Origin: Candidatus Eiseniibacteriota bacterium
Lineage (GTDB): Bacteria > Eisenbacteria > RBG-16-71-46 > JAFGJU01
Direction of reading: 5' to 3'
Length of the DNA: 64,000 bases
Assembly (NCBI GenBank): GCA_026388185.1
Contig: JAPLKG010000008.1
Coordinates: forward strand, 273,149 to 337,148
Made by a program: the position numbers and the translations under genes
Notes under the pieces: model-generated
What the model saw: only the letters and a program-made list of their open reading frames with translations
Told to the model about the DNA's origin: nothing
Database searches by the model: none
Shown here: one piece after another, positions 49,844 to 58,944 of the stretch
Layout of the letters: each line of letters opens with the position of its first letter
Numbering within the stretch: the first letter of the stretch is position 1

Positions 49844-50773
49844 GTGACATTGGTGACCAATCGCGAGCTGCTGCAGAGAGCAACCAAAGAAGGTTACGCA
49901 GTCGGAGCCTTCAACACTAACAATCTGGAATTCCTTCAGGCCGTCACCTCAGCGGCAAGTGAAGAGAACTCACCAGTGATAGTCGCAATCTCCGAGGGGG
50001 CGCTCAAGTATGCGGGATTCGGCATGATTGTGACAATGGTGAGAGAGATTGCCACGAGACTGCCCGTGCCCGTTTCGCTTCATCTTGATCACGGCAAGGA
50101 TGCTGCCGTTATCAAGGAATGCGTCGAGGGCGGATTCACGTCGGTCATGGTAGACGCCTCGGACAAGGAATTCGACGAGAACGTCCGGATTACGAGGAGT
50201 GTCGTTGAGCTTGCAAGACCCAGGGGTGTTTCCGTCGAGGCCGAGTTGGGCAGGCTTTCAGGCATAGAGGAGGGGATTTCGGTGACCGAGAGAGAAGCAT
50301 TTCTGACCGACCCTTCCCAGGCGGCCGAGTTTGTCAAGAGAACGGGTGTAGACTCTCTGGCGGTGGCCGTGGGTACGTCGCACGGTGCTTACAAATTCAA
50401 AGGAGAGTCCGTCTTGGTGATTGAGAGGATACGCGAGATAAGGGATGCGACGGGTGGTTTACCGCTCGTTCTTCACGGCGCCTCCGGTGTGAGTCAGGAG
50501 CTTGTTGCGAAAGCGACACGCTATGGAGCAAGTCTGGGAAGGCCCGCGGGTGTTCCGGATGACAGCATCAGAGAAGCAATAAGACTGGGCGTGGGCAAGG
50601 TGAACATAGACACAGACATGAGGCTTGCGTTCATGGCCTCGCTGAGGGAGACCTTGTCGACCAAGACTAGCGAGTTCGATCCTCGTAAGATACTGGGTCC
50701 GGCCAGAGATTCCGTCAAAGAGGTGGTAAAGGGGAAGATGAGGCTCTTTGGGAGCAGCAATAGGATTTCTTGA
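49844..50773 (+). CDS. fba: Class II fructose-bisphosphate aldolase
   Basis: SLHLDHG and TSHGAYKF metal/substrate motifs; about 309 aa. Confidence 0.85.
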   Translation: MTLVTNRELLQRATKEGYAVGAFNTNNLEFLQAVTSAASEENSPVIVAISEGALKYAGFGMIVTMVREIATRLPVPVSLHLDHGKDAAVIKECVEGGFTSVMVDASDKEFDENVRITRSVVELARPRGVSVEAELGRLSGIEEGISVTEREAFLTDPSQAAEFVKRTGVDSLAVAVGTSHGAYKFKGESVLVIERIREIRDATGGLPLVLHGASGVSQELVAKATRYGASLGRPAGVPDDSIREAIRLGVGKVNIDTDMRLAFMASLRETLSTKTSEFDPRKILGPARDSVKEVVKGKMRLFGSSNRIS

Positions 50774-50928
50774 CGACGTTCGCCGGGCTCGAAGGGCCTT
50801 GTCGGCATTCTCGGCAACTCCTCCCACCTTTCAGGGGTGAACATCACGCCCCGTCATCGCCTGCAGCGGCTCAGTGGCAGATTCTACTCCGATCTGCGCA
50901 CGCCCTTTCACTCTCGGTGGAAACCGCG

Positions 50929-51957
50929 ATGGGAAAATCAAGAATAATCTGCACCTTGGGGCCTTCCAGCCAGGACGCGTCCACGCTCGGCGCCATGATG
51001 CGAGCGGGGATGGCCGTGGCCAGGCTCAATTTCTCTCACGGCACTCATCGCGAGCACCAATCTCGACTGGACCTCGTGAGGAGACTAAGCGAGAAACACG
51101 GCCGGGACGTGAGGATACTTCAGGATCTCCAGGGTTACAGAATAAGGATCGGCAAGTTTAAGGGCCGAAAATGGATTGTGCTGAAGGCGGGACAAATAGT
51201 TTTTCTGACCAACAAAAGCGAATTGACGGGCCGGGATATCGTGCCTTTCGACTACAGGGGTTCGCTGGCCGACATCAAGACAGGTAGTTCAATATACGTT
51301 GACGACGGCAACATAGCGTTGAAGGTCCGGACTAAGACCAAGGACTACATTCGGGCGGAGGTGATCGTTCCGGGAGTGCTCAAGGAGAACAAAGGCGTCA
51401 ACATCCCGGAAGTCAATCTGCGATTCAAGGGGCTCACGGACAAAGACAGAACGGACCTCGAATTCGGCGTCAGGAACAGAGTCGACTTCGTCGCCCAGTC
51501 GTTTGTGAGCGGCAAAGAGGACATTCTTTGTCTGAGAAGCGTCCTACGTGAGAGCCGAGCCGATTGCCGAGTGATCGCAAAGATCGAGAATCGCAGGGGG
51601 ATAGACAACATAGACGAGATACTGAGTGTGTCCGACGGCATCATGATAGCCCGCGGAGATATGGGGGTCTCTTTGCCGATATTCCAAATTCCTGTGCTCC
51701 AAAAGATGATTATCAGAAAGTGCAAACAAAGAAGAAAATTCGCCGTCACGGCCACTCAGATGCTTGAAAGCATGACGGAGCACCTGAGGCCCACTCGCGC
51801 AGAAGTGAGCGACGTGGCCAACGCGATGATAGACGGCTCGGATTACCTCATGCTCTCTGCAGAAACGGCCGTCGGCAAGCACCCCGTGGAGGCCGTTGAG
51901 ATGATGACCGAGATTATCGATTTCACGACGCGTTCTCTCGGAAAACTCCATTCTTGA
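50929..51957 (+). CDS. pyk: Pyruvate kinase, short form lacking the C-terminal alpha/beta domain
   Basis: SRIICTLGPSS and ARLNFSHG motifs, PK signature VIAKIENRRGIDNIDEI, MIARGDMGV; protein ends after the A domain at 342 aa. Confidence 0.75.
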   Translation: MGKSRIICTLGPSSQDASTLGAMMRAGMAVARLNFSHGTHREHQSRLDLVRRLSEKHGRDVRILQDLQGYRIRIGKFKGRKWIVLKAGQIVFLTNKSELTGRDIVPFDYRGSLADIKTGSSIYVDDGNIALKVRTKTKDYIRAEVIVPGVLKENKGVNIPEVNLRFKGLTDKDRTDLEFGVRNRVDFVAQSFVSGKEDILCLRSVLRESRADCRVIAKIENRRGIDNIDEILSVSDGIMIARGDMGVSLPIFQIPVLQKMIIRKCKQRRKFAVTATQMLESMTEHLRPTRAEVSDVANAMIDGSDYLMLSAETAVGKHPVEAVEMMTEIIDFTTRSLGKLHS

Positions 51958-52009
51958 GAGACTCGTCGAGAGGCAAGGTGCGAGGAGCCTGGAGCGCAGG
52001 TAGAACAAC

Positions 52010-53113
52010 ATGAAGAAGACGGCACAACCGAAGAAACGAATTGCAGTTCTCACCGGCGGAGGAGATTGCCCCGGCATAAACGCGGTCATCAGGGCGGTGA
52101 CGAAGAAGGCGATCGTTGCGTACGGCATGGAAGTCATCGGAATCGAAGATGGCTACGAAGGAATCATTCACGGCTGGCATAGGAAGCTTACGTACGAAGA
52201 CGTTTCCGGAATACTTACACTGGGTGGTACGATACTTGGCGCCTCCAAGACGGCAAACCCATACAAGTACGCTGTGAAGCGAAAAGGCAAGCTGGAGTTC
52301 GAGGACGTCTCGCGCGTCGCGATCGACAACCTGCAGAAGCTCGACGTAGCGGGCCTTGTGTGCATAGGCGGAGATGGAACGCTGGGCATTGCACGCGACC
52401 TGTGCGAAGACGGCGTCCGCGTCGTCGGAGTGCCGAAGACGATCGACAACGACATCAGGGGGACCGACGTCTGCTTCGGTTTTGACTCCGCGGTGTGGGT
52501 CGCCACGGAAGGTATTGACAGGATTCACACGACTGCCCAATCGCATCATCGCATAATGATTGTGGAGGTGATGGGGCACAAGGCCGGATGGATTGCCCTT
52601 CATTCCGGAGTCGCCGGTGGAGGAGACATCATCCTCATCCCGGAGATTCCGTATGACGTTGAAAAGATCGCTTTGAAGATACAGGAACGGCATCACAGAC
52701 GCAGGAGCTTCACCATCGTGGTCGTGGCCGAGGGGGCAAGGCCAAAGGGAGGAGACGTCGTAATACAGAGGATGGTCAAGGAAAGCGCCGATCCTGTCCG
52801 CCTGGGCGGCGTAGGCTTTGTTCTTGGAGAAAAATTGGAGCGACTCACAGGTTTCGAAACACGAACCACCGTAATGGGACACGTTCAGAGGGGGGGGAGC
52901 CCGACGCCGTTTGACAGGGTACTGGCCACCGAGCTGGGTGCAAGGGCGGTGGACATGATAGAGGAAAAAGCCTTCGGCCACATGGTGGGGGTGAAAGGAA
53001 ATGCGCTCGTCGACGTCCCTTTGGGCGTTGTGACGGGAGGGCCAAGGGTGGTGCCGCGCAACCAGAGATTGTTAGAGGCGGCGCGCGCCCTGGGGACATA
53101 TTTCGGCGACTGA
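52010..53113 (+). CDS. pfk: 6-phosphofructokinase (ATP-type GGDG signature)
   Basis: GGDCPGINAVIR, CIGGDGTLG, PKTIDND, MGHKAGWIA. Confidence 0.85.
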   Translation: MKKTAQPKKRIAVLTGGGDCPGINAVIRAVTKKAIVAYGMEVIGIEDGYEGIIHGWHRKLTYEDVSGILTLGGTILGASKTANPYKYAVKRKGKLEFEDVSRVAIDNLQKLDVAGLVCIGGDGTLGIARDLCEDGVRVVGVPKTIDNDIRGTDVCFGFDSAVWVATEGIDRIHTTAQSHHRIMIVEVMGHKAGWIALHSGVAGGGDIILIPEIPYDVEKIALKIQERHHRRRSFTIVVVAEGARPKGGDVVIQRMVKESADPVRLGGVGFVLGEKLERLTGFETRTTVMGHVQRGGSPTPFDRVLATELGARAVDMIEEKAFGHMVGVKGNALVDVPLGVVTGGPRVVPRNQRLLEAARALGTYFGD

Positions 53114-53144
53114 TCAGACACGCTGTTCGAACGGAGGCGATGAC

Positions 53145-54863
53145 GTGAATTTCCGAAAGGAAAAGACGAGGATTGCCTATTTTTCCATGGAGATAGGTCT
53201 TGATTCGAAGATACCCACCTACAGCGGAGGTCTGGGGGTCTTGGCCGGGGACACGATAAGATCCTGCGCCGATCTGAACGTGCCCATTATTGCTGTCACC
53301 CTTCTGTATCGAGACGGATACTTCCGCCAGAAACTGGACGCGTATGGAAACCAGGAGGAACTGGCGTCGGAGTGGAATCCAGGGGAACTCCTGGCGCTAT
53401 TGCCCGTCAAGGTGAGCGTTCAGATAGAGACGAGAACCGTGTCTGTCCAGGCGTGGGAGTATCTAGTGACGGGTATTGGCGGCCACGTTGTGCCCGTGAT
53501 TTTCCTGGATGCGGATGTTCCCGAAAACGGAGCGTACGACCGCAGCCTGACGCATTGCCTCTATGGCGGCGACGACAAGTACAGACTTTGCCAGGAAGTG
53601 ATATTGGGAGTCGGTGGGGTGAGAATGCTCAAGGAACTCGGATACCACGAGATAGTGCGGTACCACATGAATGAAGGTCATTCGAGTCTGCTGACGCTCG
53701 AGCTGCTGAACGAGAGAAAGAAATCTGGCGCTGGAAGGAAAAGGGTCGACAAGATTGACGACACAAGATCCGATTGGGACGTTGACGGAGTGAGGAGGAT
53801 GTGTGTGTTTACGACCCACACGCCTGTTCCCGCGGGACACGACCAATTCTCTTATAGTCTTGTGAGTCAGGTGTTTGGCGATTTCATTCCCGTGGACTTC
53901 CTGAAGCAAATTGGCGGCGGCGACACGTTCAACATGACTCTTCTGGCCATGAATCTGAGCCACTACGAGAATGGCGTTGCAAAGGAGCACGGCAAGGTCT
54001 CTCAAGTGCTGTATCCGGGATATCACATCGACTCGATAACCAACGGGATCTATTCGGCCAACTGGGTCTGCGACAGCTTCAAGGGGTTGTTCGACAAATA
54101 CATTCCGGGCTGGAGAAACGACCCGTTCTCTCTGCGTTACGCCCTCAGTATCCCCAAGGAAGAAATATGGAGCGCTCATCGAGAGGCGAAAAGAGAGCTC
54201 ATAGACTATACGAACGCCAAGGCAAACGCGGGCATGGATGGCGAAGTTCTGACGATCGGCTTCGCGCGCAGGGCGACGGCTTATAAGAGAGCGAATCTCG
54301 TCTTCTCTGACGTCGAGAGATTGACGAGTATTGCCGGAACCTCCGGCAGGGTGCAGTTCATCTTCTCCGGCAAGGCCCACCCCAGAGACATGCAGGGGAA
54401 GGAGCTGATCAAGCAGGTGGTTGCCGTGTCCCGGCGACTCGGAGACCAAGTCAGGGTCGCTTATCTGGAGAACTACGACATGGAATTGGCGAGAATGCTG
54501 ATTGCCGGAGCAGACCTGTGGCTCAACACGCCTAGAAAACCTGAGGAGGCTTCCGGAACCTCCGGCATGAAGGCGGCTCACAACGGAGTTCCAAGCCTCA
54601 GCATTCTTGACGGCTGGTGGATCGAAGGATGCATCGAGGGTCTCACGGGATGGTCGATCGGGACGGTCGTGGCTGAGGAGAGCAGCGACGTCGAGGACGC
54701 CGGTTATCTGTATGACAGGCTGGAGAAGGTAGTCATTCCCACGTTCTACGGGAACCGTGACAGGTGGATCGAGATGATGCGGCATTCAATCGCCATCAAT
54801 GGTTCATTCTTCAACACACACAGGATGGTGCTGCAGTACGTACTGAACGCCTACACGTATTGA
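53145..54863 (+). CDS. glgP: Alpha-glucan (glycogen/maltodextrin) phosphorylase, short GT35-type
   Basis: N-terminal IAYFSMEIGLDSKIPTYSGGLGVLAGD and PLP-site region EASGTSGMKAAHNGVPSLSILDGWW. Confidence 0.85.
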   Translation: MNFRKEKTRIAYFSMEIGLDSKIPTYSGGLGVLAGDTIRSCADLNVPIIAVTLLYRDGYFRQKLDAYGNQEELASEWNPGELLALLPVKVSVQIETRTVSVQAWEYLVTGIGGHVVPVIFLDADVPENGAYDRSLTHCLYGGDDKYRLCQEVILGVGGVRMLKELGYHEIVRYHMNEGHSSLLTLELLNERKKSGAGRKRVDKIDDTRSDWDVDGVRRMCVFTTHTPVPAGHDQFSYSLVSQVFGDFIPVDFLKQIGGGDTFNMTLLAMNLSHYENGVAKEHGKVSQVLYPGYHIDSITNGIYSANWVCDSFKGLFDKYIPGWRNDPFSLRYALSIPKEEIWSAHREAKRELIDYTNAKANAGMDGEVLTIGFARRATAYKRANLVFSDVERLTSIAGTSGRVQFIFSGKAHPRDMQGKELIKQVVAVSRRLGDQVRVAYLENYDMELARMLIAGADLWLNTPRKPEEASGTSGMKAAHNGVPSLSILDGWWIEGCIEGLTGWSIGTVVAEESSDVEDAGYLYDRLEKVVIPTFYGNRDRWIEMMRHSIAINGSFFNTHRMVLQYVLNAYTY

Positions 54864-55041
54864 TGGGCGCTGACAATCGGTGTCGAAGCCCGGTGTCGAC
54901 GGAACGCACCGCCGCAAGGCCCGAGCAACGTCGAAGACGCGCGTCGGCACGGCTCCTGCGCCTCACTTTGTGGTTCACTTCGAGGGCGTTCTGTGCTAGA
55001 GTTGCCGGCAATAAGTACCCTAGCTAACGGAGGTAAGAGCA

Positions 55042-56046
55042 ATGGCAATCAGAGTTGGCATTAACGGATTTGGACGGATAGGAAGGCTTGTTCTCAGGTC
55101 CGGATACAAGGAAAGCGGCCTCGAATTCGTTGCGGTAAACGACGTGACTGACGTAGCCACGATGGCGCATCTGCTCAAGTACGACTCGGTCCACGGGATA
55201 TTTCCTGACGAGATAAAGAGGGAGGCCGAGACCATCAAAATCGGTTCCAGCGCCAGCGTGAAGGTATTCTCCGAGAAAGACCCCGCCAATCTACCCTGGA
55301 AGTCGCTGGGTGTGGATATTGTGATTGAATCCACGGGCAAGTTCACGGAGAGGGATCTGGCCGCCAAACACATTTCCGCTGGGGCGAGAAAGGTGATGAT
55401 TTCCGCGCCGGGAAAGAAGGCCGACGCGACTATTGTGATGGGAGTAAACGAGAACGTCTACGATCCTTCCAAGCACCACGTTGTTTCCATCGCTTCGTGT
55501 ACGACGAACTGCCTTGCCCCCGTCGCGAAGGTGCTCAACGACAAATTTCAGATTGTTCACGGCCTCATGACGACCATACACGCTTACACGAACGATCAGG
55601 TGATTCTTGATTTTCCGCACAAGGATCTGAGAAGGGCCAGGGCGGCGGCCGTTTCAATGATTCCCACGACGACGGGCGCGGCGAAGGCGATCGGCCTCGT
55701 GCTGCCGGAGCTCGAAGGGAAGCTGGACGGCCTGGCAGTGAGGGTGCCCGTGGTTGACGCCTCTCTGGTGGACCTGGTCGTCGACGTGAAGAAAGCCACG
55801 ACCGTGGATGAAGTCAGAAACGTCTTCAAGGAAGCCGCGAATGGCGCCATGAAGCGCTACCTGCAGTACAACGAGGACCCCATCGTCTCTGTTGACATCG
55901 TGGGAAATCCGCACAGTTCAATCGTCGACGGACCCCTCTGCTCGGTCATCGGCGGCACCATGGTCAAGGTTCTGGCCTGGTATGACAACGAGTGGGGTTT
56001 CTGTCAGCGTGTGATTGACCTTCTCAGACTCATGATGAAGACCTGA
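55042..56046 (+). CDS. gap: Glyceraldehyde-3-phosphate dehydrogenase (type I)
   Basis: INGFGRIGR NAD-binding motif and active site ASCTTNCLAP. Confidence 0.95.
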   Translation: MAIRVGINGFGRIGRLVLRSGYKESGLEFVAVNDVTDVATMAHLLKYDSVHGIFPDEIKREAETIKIGSSASVKVFSEKDPANLPWKSLGVDIVIESTGKFTERDLAAKHISAGARKVMISAPGKKADATIVMGVNENVYDPSKHHVVSIASCTTNCLAPVAKVLNDKFQIVHGLMTTIHAYTNDQVILDFPHKDLRRARAAAVSMIPTTTGAAKAIGLVLPELEGKLDGLAVRVPVVDASLVDLVVDVKKATTVDEVRNVFKEAANGAMKRYLQYNEDPIVSVDIVGNPHSSIVDGPLCSVIGGTMVKVLAWYDNEWGFCQRVIDLLRLMMKT

Positions 56047-56096
56047 AGAAGGAAGGGGACCGTCGGAACCGAAGAATCCAGAAAGGGGACTCGGAG

Positions 56097-57299
56097 ATGC
56101 TGAGAAAGCTCAGCGTGAGGGATCTTCCTCTCTCGGGAAAGAGAGTACTTACCAGAGTCGATTTCAACGTTCCTCTCGACAAAGAGGGGAACATCTCGGA
56201 TTCGACGCGTATTGAAGCCTCCATGCCTACCATTCGCTACATGGTTGAGAAGGGCGGGCGAATAGTCCTGATGTCTCATCTCGGCAGACCGAAGGGCAAG
56301 GTCGTTGCAGGGATGAGCCTGGCCCCGGTGGCCGATAAGCTCCGGAGTTTTCTCCGCAAAGACGTTCTGTTCGCAACGGATTGCATAGGCGATCCCGCAA
56401 TGAAGGCGGCGCTCTCCCTCAAGGACGGAGACGTTGCATTGCTGGAGAATCTCCGATTCCATCGGGAGGAAGAGGCCAACGACGAAAAATTCTCGCGCGA
56501 ACTGGCTTCGCTCGGAGAGGTCTACGTCAACGACGCCTTTGGTTCGGCCCACAGAGCCCATGCGTCTACGGTCGGTGTGACCAGATACATCAGTCTGTGC
56601 GCGGCCGGCTTTCTCATGCAGAAGGAGGTCGAGTATCTGGGAAAACTCCTGGAAGAGCCCAAGCGACCTTTCGTGGCGGTGTTTGGCGGTGCGAAGGTGT
56701 CGGACAAGATCGGCGTCGTTCGGAACCTCGTTGACAAGGTCGACAAGATCCTCATAGGTGGGGGCATGATGTTCACGTTTCTGGCCGCCAAGGGATTGAA
56801 GATCGGGCAATCGATTCTGGAAGAGGAGAGCATTCCCGTTGCCAAAGAGATAATGGAGAGAGCCAGGAACAAGTCCGTTGAACTCATCCTGCCCGTTGAT
56901 TGCGTCGTGTCCCCCTCCGTGAAAGACGCCGCCGAGACCAGGATCGTCCCCGTTGAAGAAATCCCCGAAGGACTTGCCGGTGTTGACATAGGTCCTCGCA
57001 CGATAGAGCAATTCAGGGGAGCCCTGGCCGGTGCCAAGACAGTGCTTTGGAACGGACCGATGGGCGTTTTCGAAATAGAAGCCTATAGTGCCGGCACGGA
57101 GGCCGTGGCTCGCATGCTCGCAGAAGCCACTTCCTCGGGTGCGACCACGATCGTCGGTGGAGGGGATTCCGCGGCGGCGATTGTCAAGGCCGGCTTGGAG
57201 AATAGGGTCTCTCACGTGTCCACCGGTGGTGGGGCTTCTCTTGAGTTTCTTGAGGGTCTGGAACTCCCCGGGGTGGCCGCCCTCACAGACAAGCGTTGA
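56097..57299 (+). CDS. pgk: Phosphoglycerate kinase
   Basis: RVDFNVPL N-terminal motif and full-length Pgk organisation. Confidence 0.95.
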   Translation: MLRKLSVRDLPLSGKRVLTRVDFNVPLDKEGNISDSTRIEASMPTIRYMVEKGGRIVLMSHLGRPKGKVVAGMSLAPVADKLRSFLRKDVLFATDCIGDPAMKAALSLKDGDVALLENLRFHREEEANDEKFSRELASLGEVYVNDAFGSAHRAHASTVGVTRYISLCAAGFLMQKEVEYLGKLLEEPKRPFVAVFGGAKVSDKIGVVRNLVDKVDKILIGGGMMFTFLAAKGLKIGQSILEEESIPVAKEIMERARNKSVELILPVDCVVSPSVKDAAETRIVPVEEIPEGLAGVDIGPRTIEQFRGALAGAKTVLWNGPMGVFEIEAYSAGTEAVARMLAEATSSGATTIVGGGDSAAAIVKAGLENRVSHVSTGGGASLEFLEGLELPGVAALTDKR

Positions 57300-57314
57300 C
57301 AAAGGAAAGAGGCC

Positions 57315-58067
57315 ATGCGGAAAAAGATCGTAGCAGGCAATTGGAAGATGTATAAAACCCCCGGCGAAGCCGTTTCTCTGGTGACACAGATCATCGCGTC
57401 CGCTCCTCCTCGTTCGGATCGTGACGTCGTGCTCTGCCCTCCGTTCACGGCTCTTTCCCGCGTGTCACAACTGCTCAAGGGCTCGCGTATCGAGCTGGGA
57501 GCGCAAAACCTGCACTGGGAGAAGGAGGGGGCCTACACCGGAGAGATCTCCGCGCCGATGCTCAAAGAGCTGGGATGCGAATACGTGATTGTGGGACATT
57601 CTGAGCGCAGGCAGTACTTCGGCGATGACGATTCGGTCGTTGCCAAGAAGCTTGGGGCGGTGCTTGCGGAGGGAATGACGCCCATCCTCTGCGTCGGCGA
57701 GAAGCTGGAGGAGAGAGAGGCAGCGAGAACGGAAAGTGTGCTTGAGTCGCAGATCAAGGGAGCTCTGGGCGGCTTTGACGCAAGGCAACTCGTGGACCTG
57801 GTGGTTGCATACGAACCCGTCTGGGCGATAGGGACGGGTAAGACAGCCACGTCGGAGATGGCTGTGGGAGCTCATAAATTCATAAGGAAGCTGCTTGACA
57901 CCATGTTCGGGTCTCCCTTCGCAGAGCAAACCCGAATTCAGTACGGGGGAAGCGTCAAACCGGAGAACGCTTCCGAACTCCTTGGGGAGTCCGAGATTGA
58001 CGGAGCACTCGTAGGTGGGGCGAGCCTCAAGGCCGATTCGTTCCTGAGAATCGTCGCCGCCGGTTGA
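57315..58067 (+). CDS. tpiA: Triosephosphate isomerase
   Basis: AGNWKM, IVGHSERR, AYEPVWAIGTG motifs. Confidence 0.95.
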   Translation: MRKKIVAGNWKMYKTPGEAVSLVTQIIASAPPRSDRDVVLCPPFTALSRVSQLLKGSRIELGAQNLHWEKEGAYTGEISAPMLKELGCEYVIVGHSERRQYFGDDDSVVAKKLGAVLAEGMTPILCVGEKLEEREAARTESVLESQIKGALGGFDARQLVDLVVAYEPVWAIGTGKTATSEMAVGAHKFIRKLLDTMFGSPFAEQTRIQYGGSVKPENASELLGESEIDGALVGGASLKADSFLRIVAAG

Positions 58068-58124
58068 GAGTGCGAGGTGCGATGCGGGCCGGCCGGGGCG
58101 ACCGCCCGGCGACGGTAAGGCCCG

Positions 58125-58153
58125 TTGACGCGAGGGAGAATTTCTGTTAAAGT
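58125..58153 (+). promoter_or_regulatory. Possible sigma-70-like promoter TTGACG-17 bp-TAAAGT upstream of secG
   Basis: -35-like hexamer at 58125..58130, 17-nt spacer, weak -10 at 58148..58153. Confidence 0.3.
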
Positions 58154-58212
58154 AAGGTGTTGTTGTAGAATTGGGTTGGCGTACCGTTTTTTGTTCATGA
58201 TGGGGGTCTGAC

Positions 58213-58758
58213 GTGTTTGCCTTCTTATTGGTTCTTCACTTGCTGATAACCGCTGCTCTGGTCATTGTCATTCTGCTTCAATCTGGCAAGGGAGGGGGGC
58301 TCGCCGGAGCATTTGGGGGGGGAGGCGGCAGCCAGACGATTTTCGGCGGCAGGGGTGCTGCGACTTTCTTGAGCAGGTCTACCGCCGTGCTGGGCGCCGC
58401 GTTCATGCTCACTTCCATGAGCTTGGCCCTGCTGACGACTAGGGGTCCAGTGAAGCGAGAGCGGAGCGTGATTGAGAACGTCATCAGGAAGGAGAGGGCG
58501 TCACAGCCCGCCCAGACACCACAAGGCGGAGTTCCTTCAGGGAGTCTTCCTGCGGGGAGAGTTCCGCTTGGGCAAACTCCAATCGGCGGTTCTTCTCAGT
58601 CGACGTCTCCGGCCGGTACTCAGTCAACCGTGACTCCGGGAACGGGACAAGTGGCCCCGGGAGCCGGTGTAGTCCCTAGTCAGACGGCGCCTGCTGCCGG
58701 GACGACGCAACCGACCCAACAGAAGAAGCCAACCGGAACATCGGCTACCGGAAAATAG
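58213..58758 (+). CDS. secG: Preprotein translocase subunit SecG with long low-complexity C-terminal extension
   Basis: GTG start; two TM segments flanking Gly-rich loop (LLQSGKGGGLAGAFGGGGGSQTIFG); ~100-aa Q/T/P/G/S-rich tail; conserved gap-pgk-tpiA-secG-tRNA-Leu order. Confidence 0.8.
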   Translation: MFAFLLVLHLLITAALVIVILLQSGKGGGLAGAFGGGGGSQTIFGGRGAATFLSRSTAVLGAAFMLTSMSLALLTTRGPVKRERSVIENVIRKERASQPAQTPQGGVPSGSLPAGRVPLGQTPIGGSSQSTSPAGTQSTVTPGTGQVAPGAGVVPSQTAPAAGTTQPTQQKKPTGTSATGK

Positions 58759-58777
58759 ACGCCCTAGCTTCCCACGT

Positions 58778-58862
<85 letters not shown>

Positions 58863-58944
58863 TAAATCCCATAACTGCTTGTCGCCGTGTAAGTTGGCAC
58901 GACAGACACTTTTCCTTTTCGCATCCCCAATCAACAGTGACCGA

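Noticed and set aside
53463-54785. 440-aa minus-strand ORF antisense to glgP
   Set aside because: glgP on the + strand has the PLP-site signature; antisense artefact.
54864-55041. Short direct repeat CGGTGTCGA x2 between glgP and gap
   Set aside because: Only 9 nt, partly palindromic (GTCGAC) and GC-rich; too short to distinguish from chance.
56004-57302. 432-aa minus-strand ORF antisense to pgk
   Set aside because: pgk on the + strand is unambiguous; antisense artefact.
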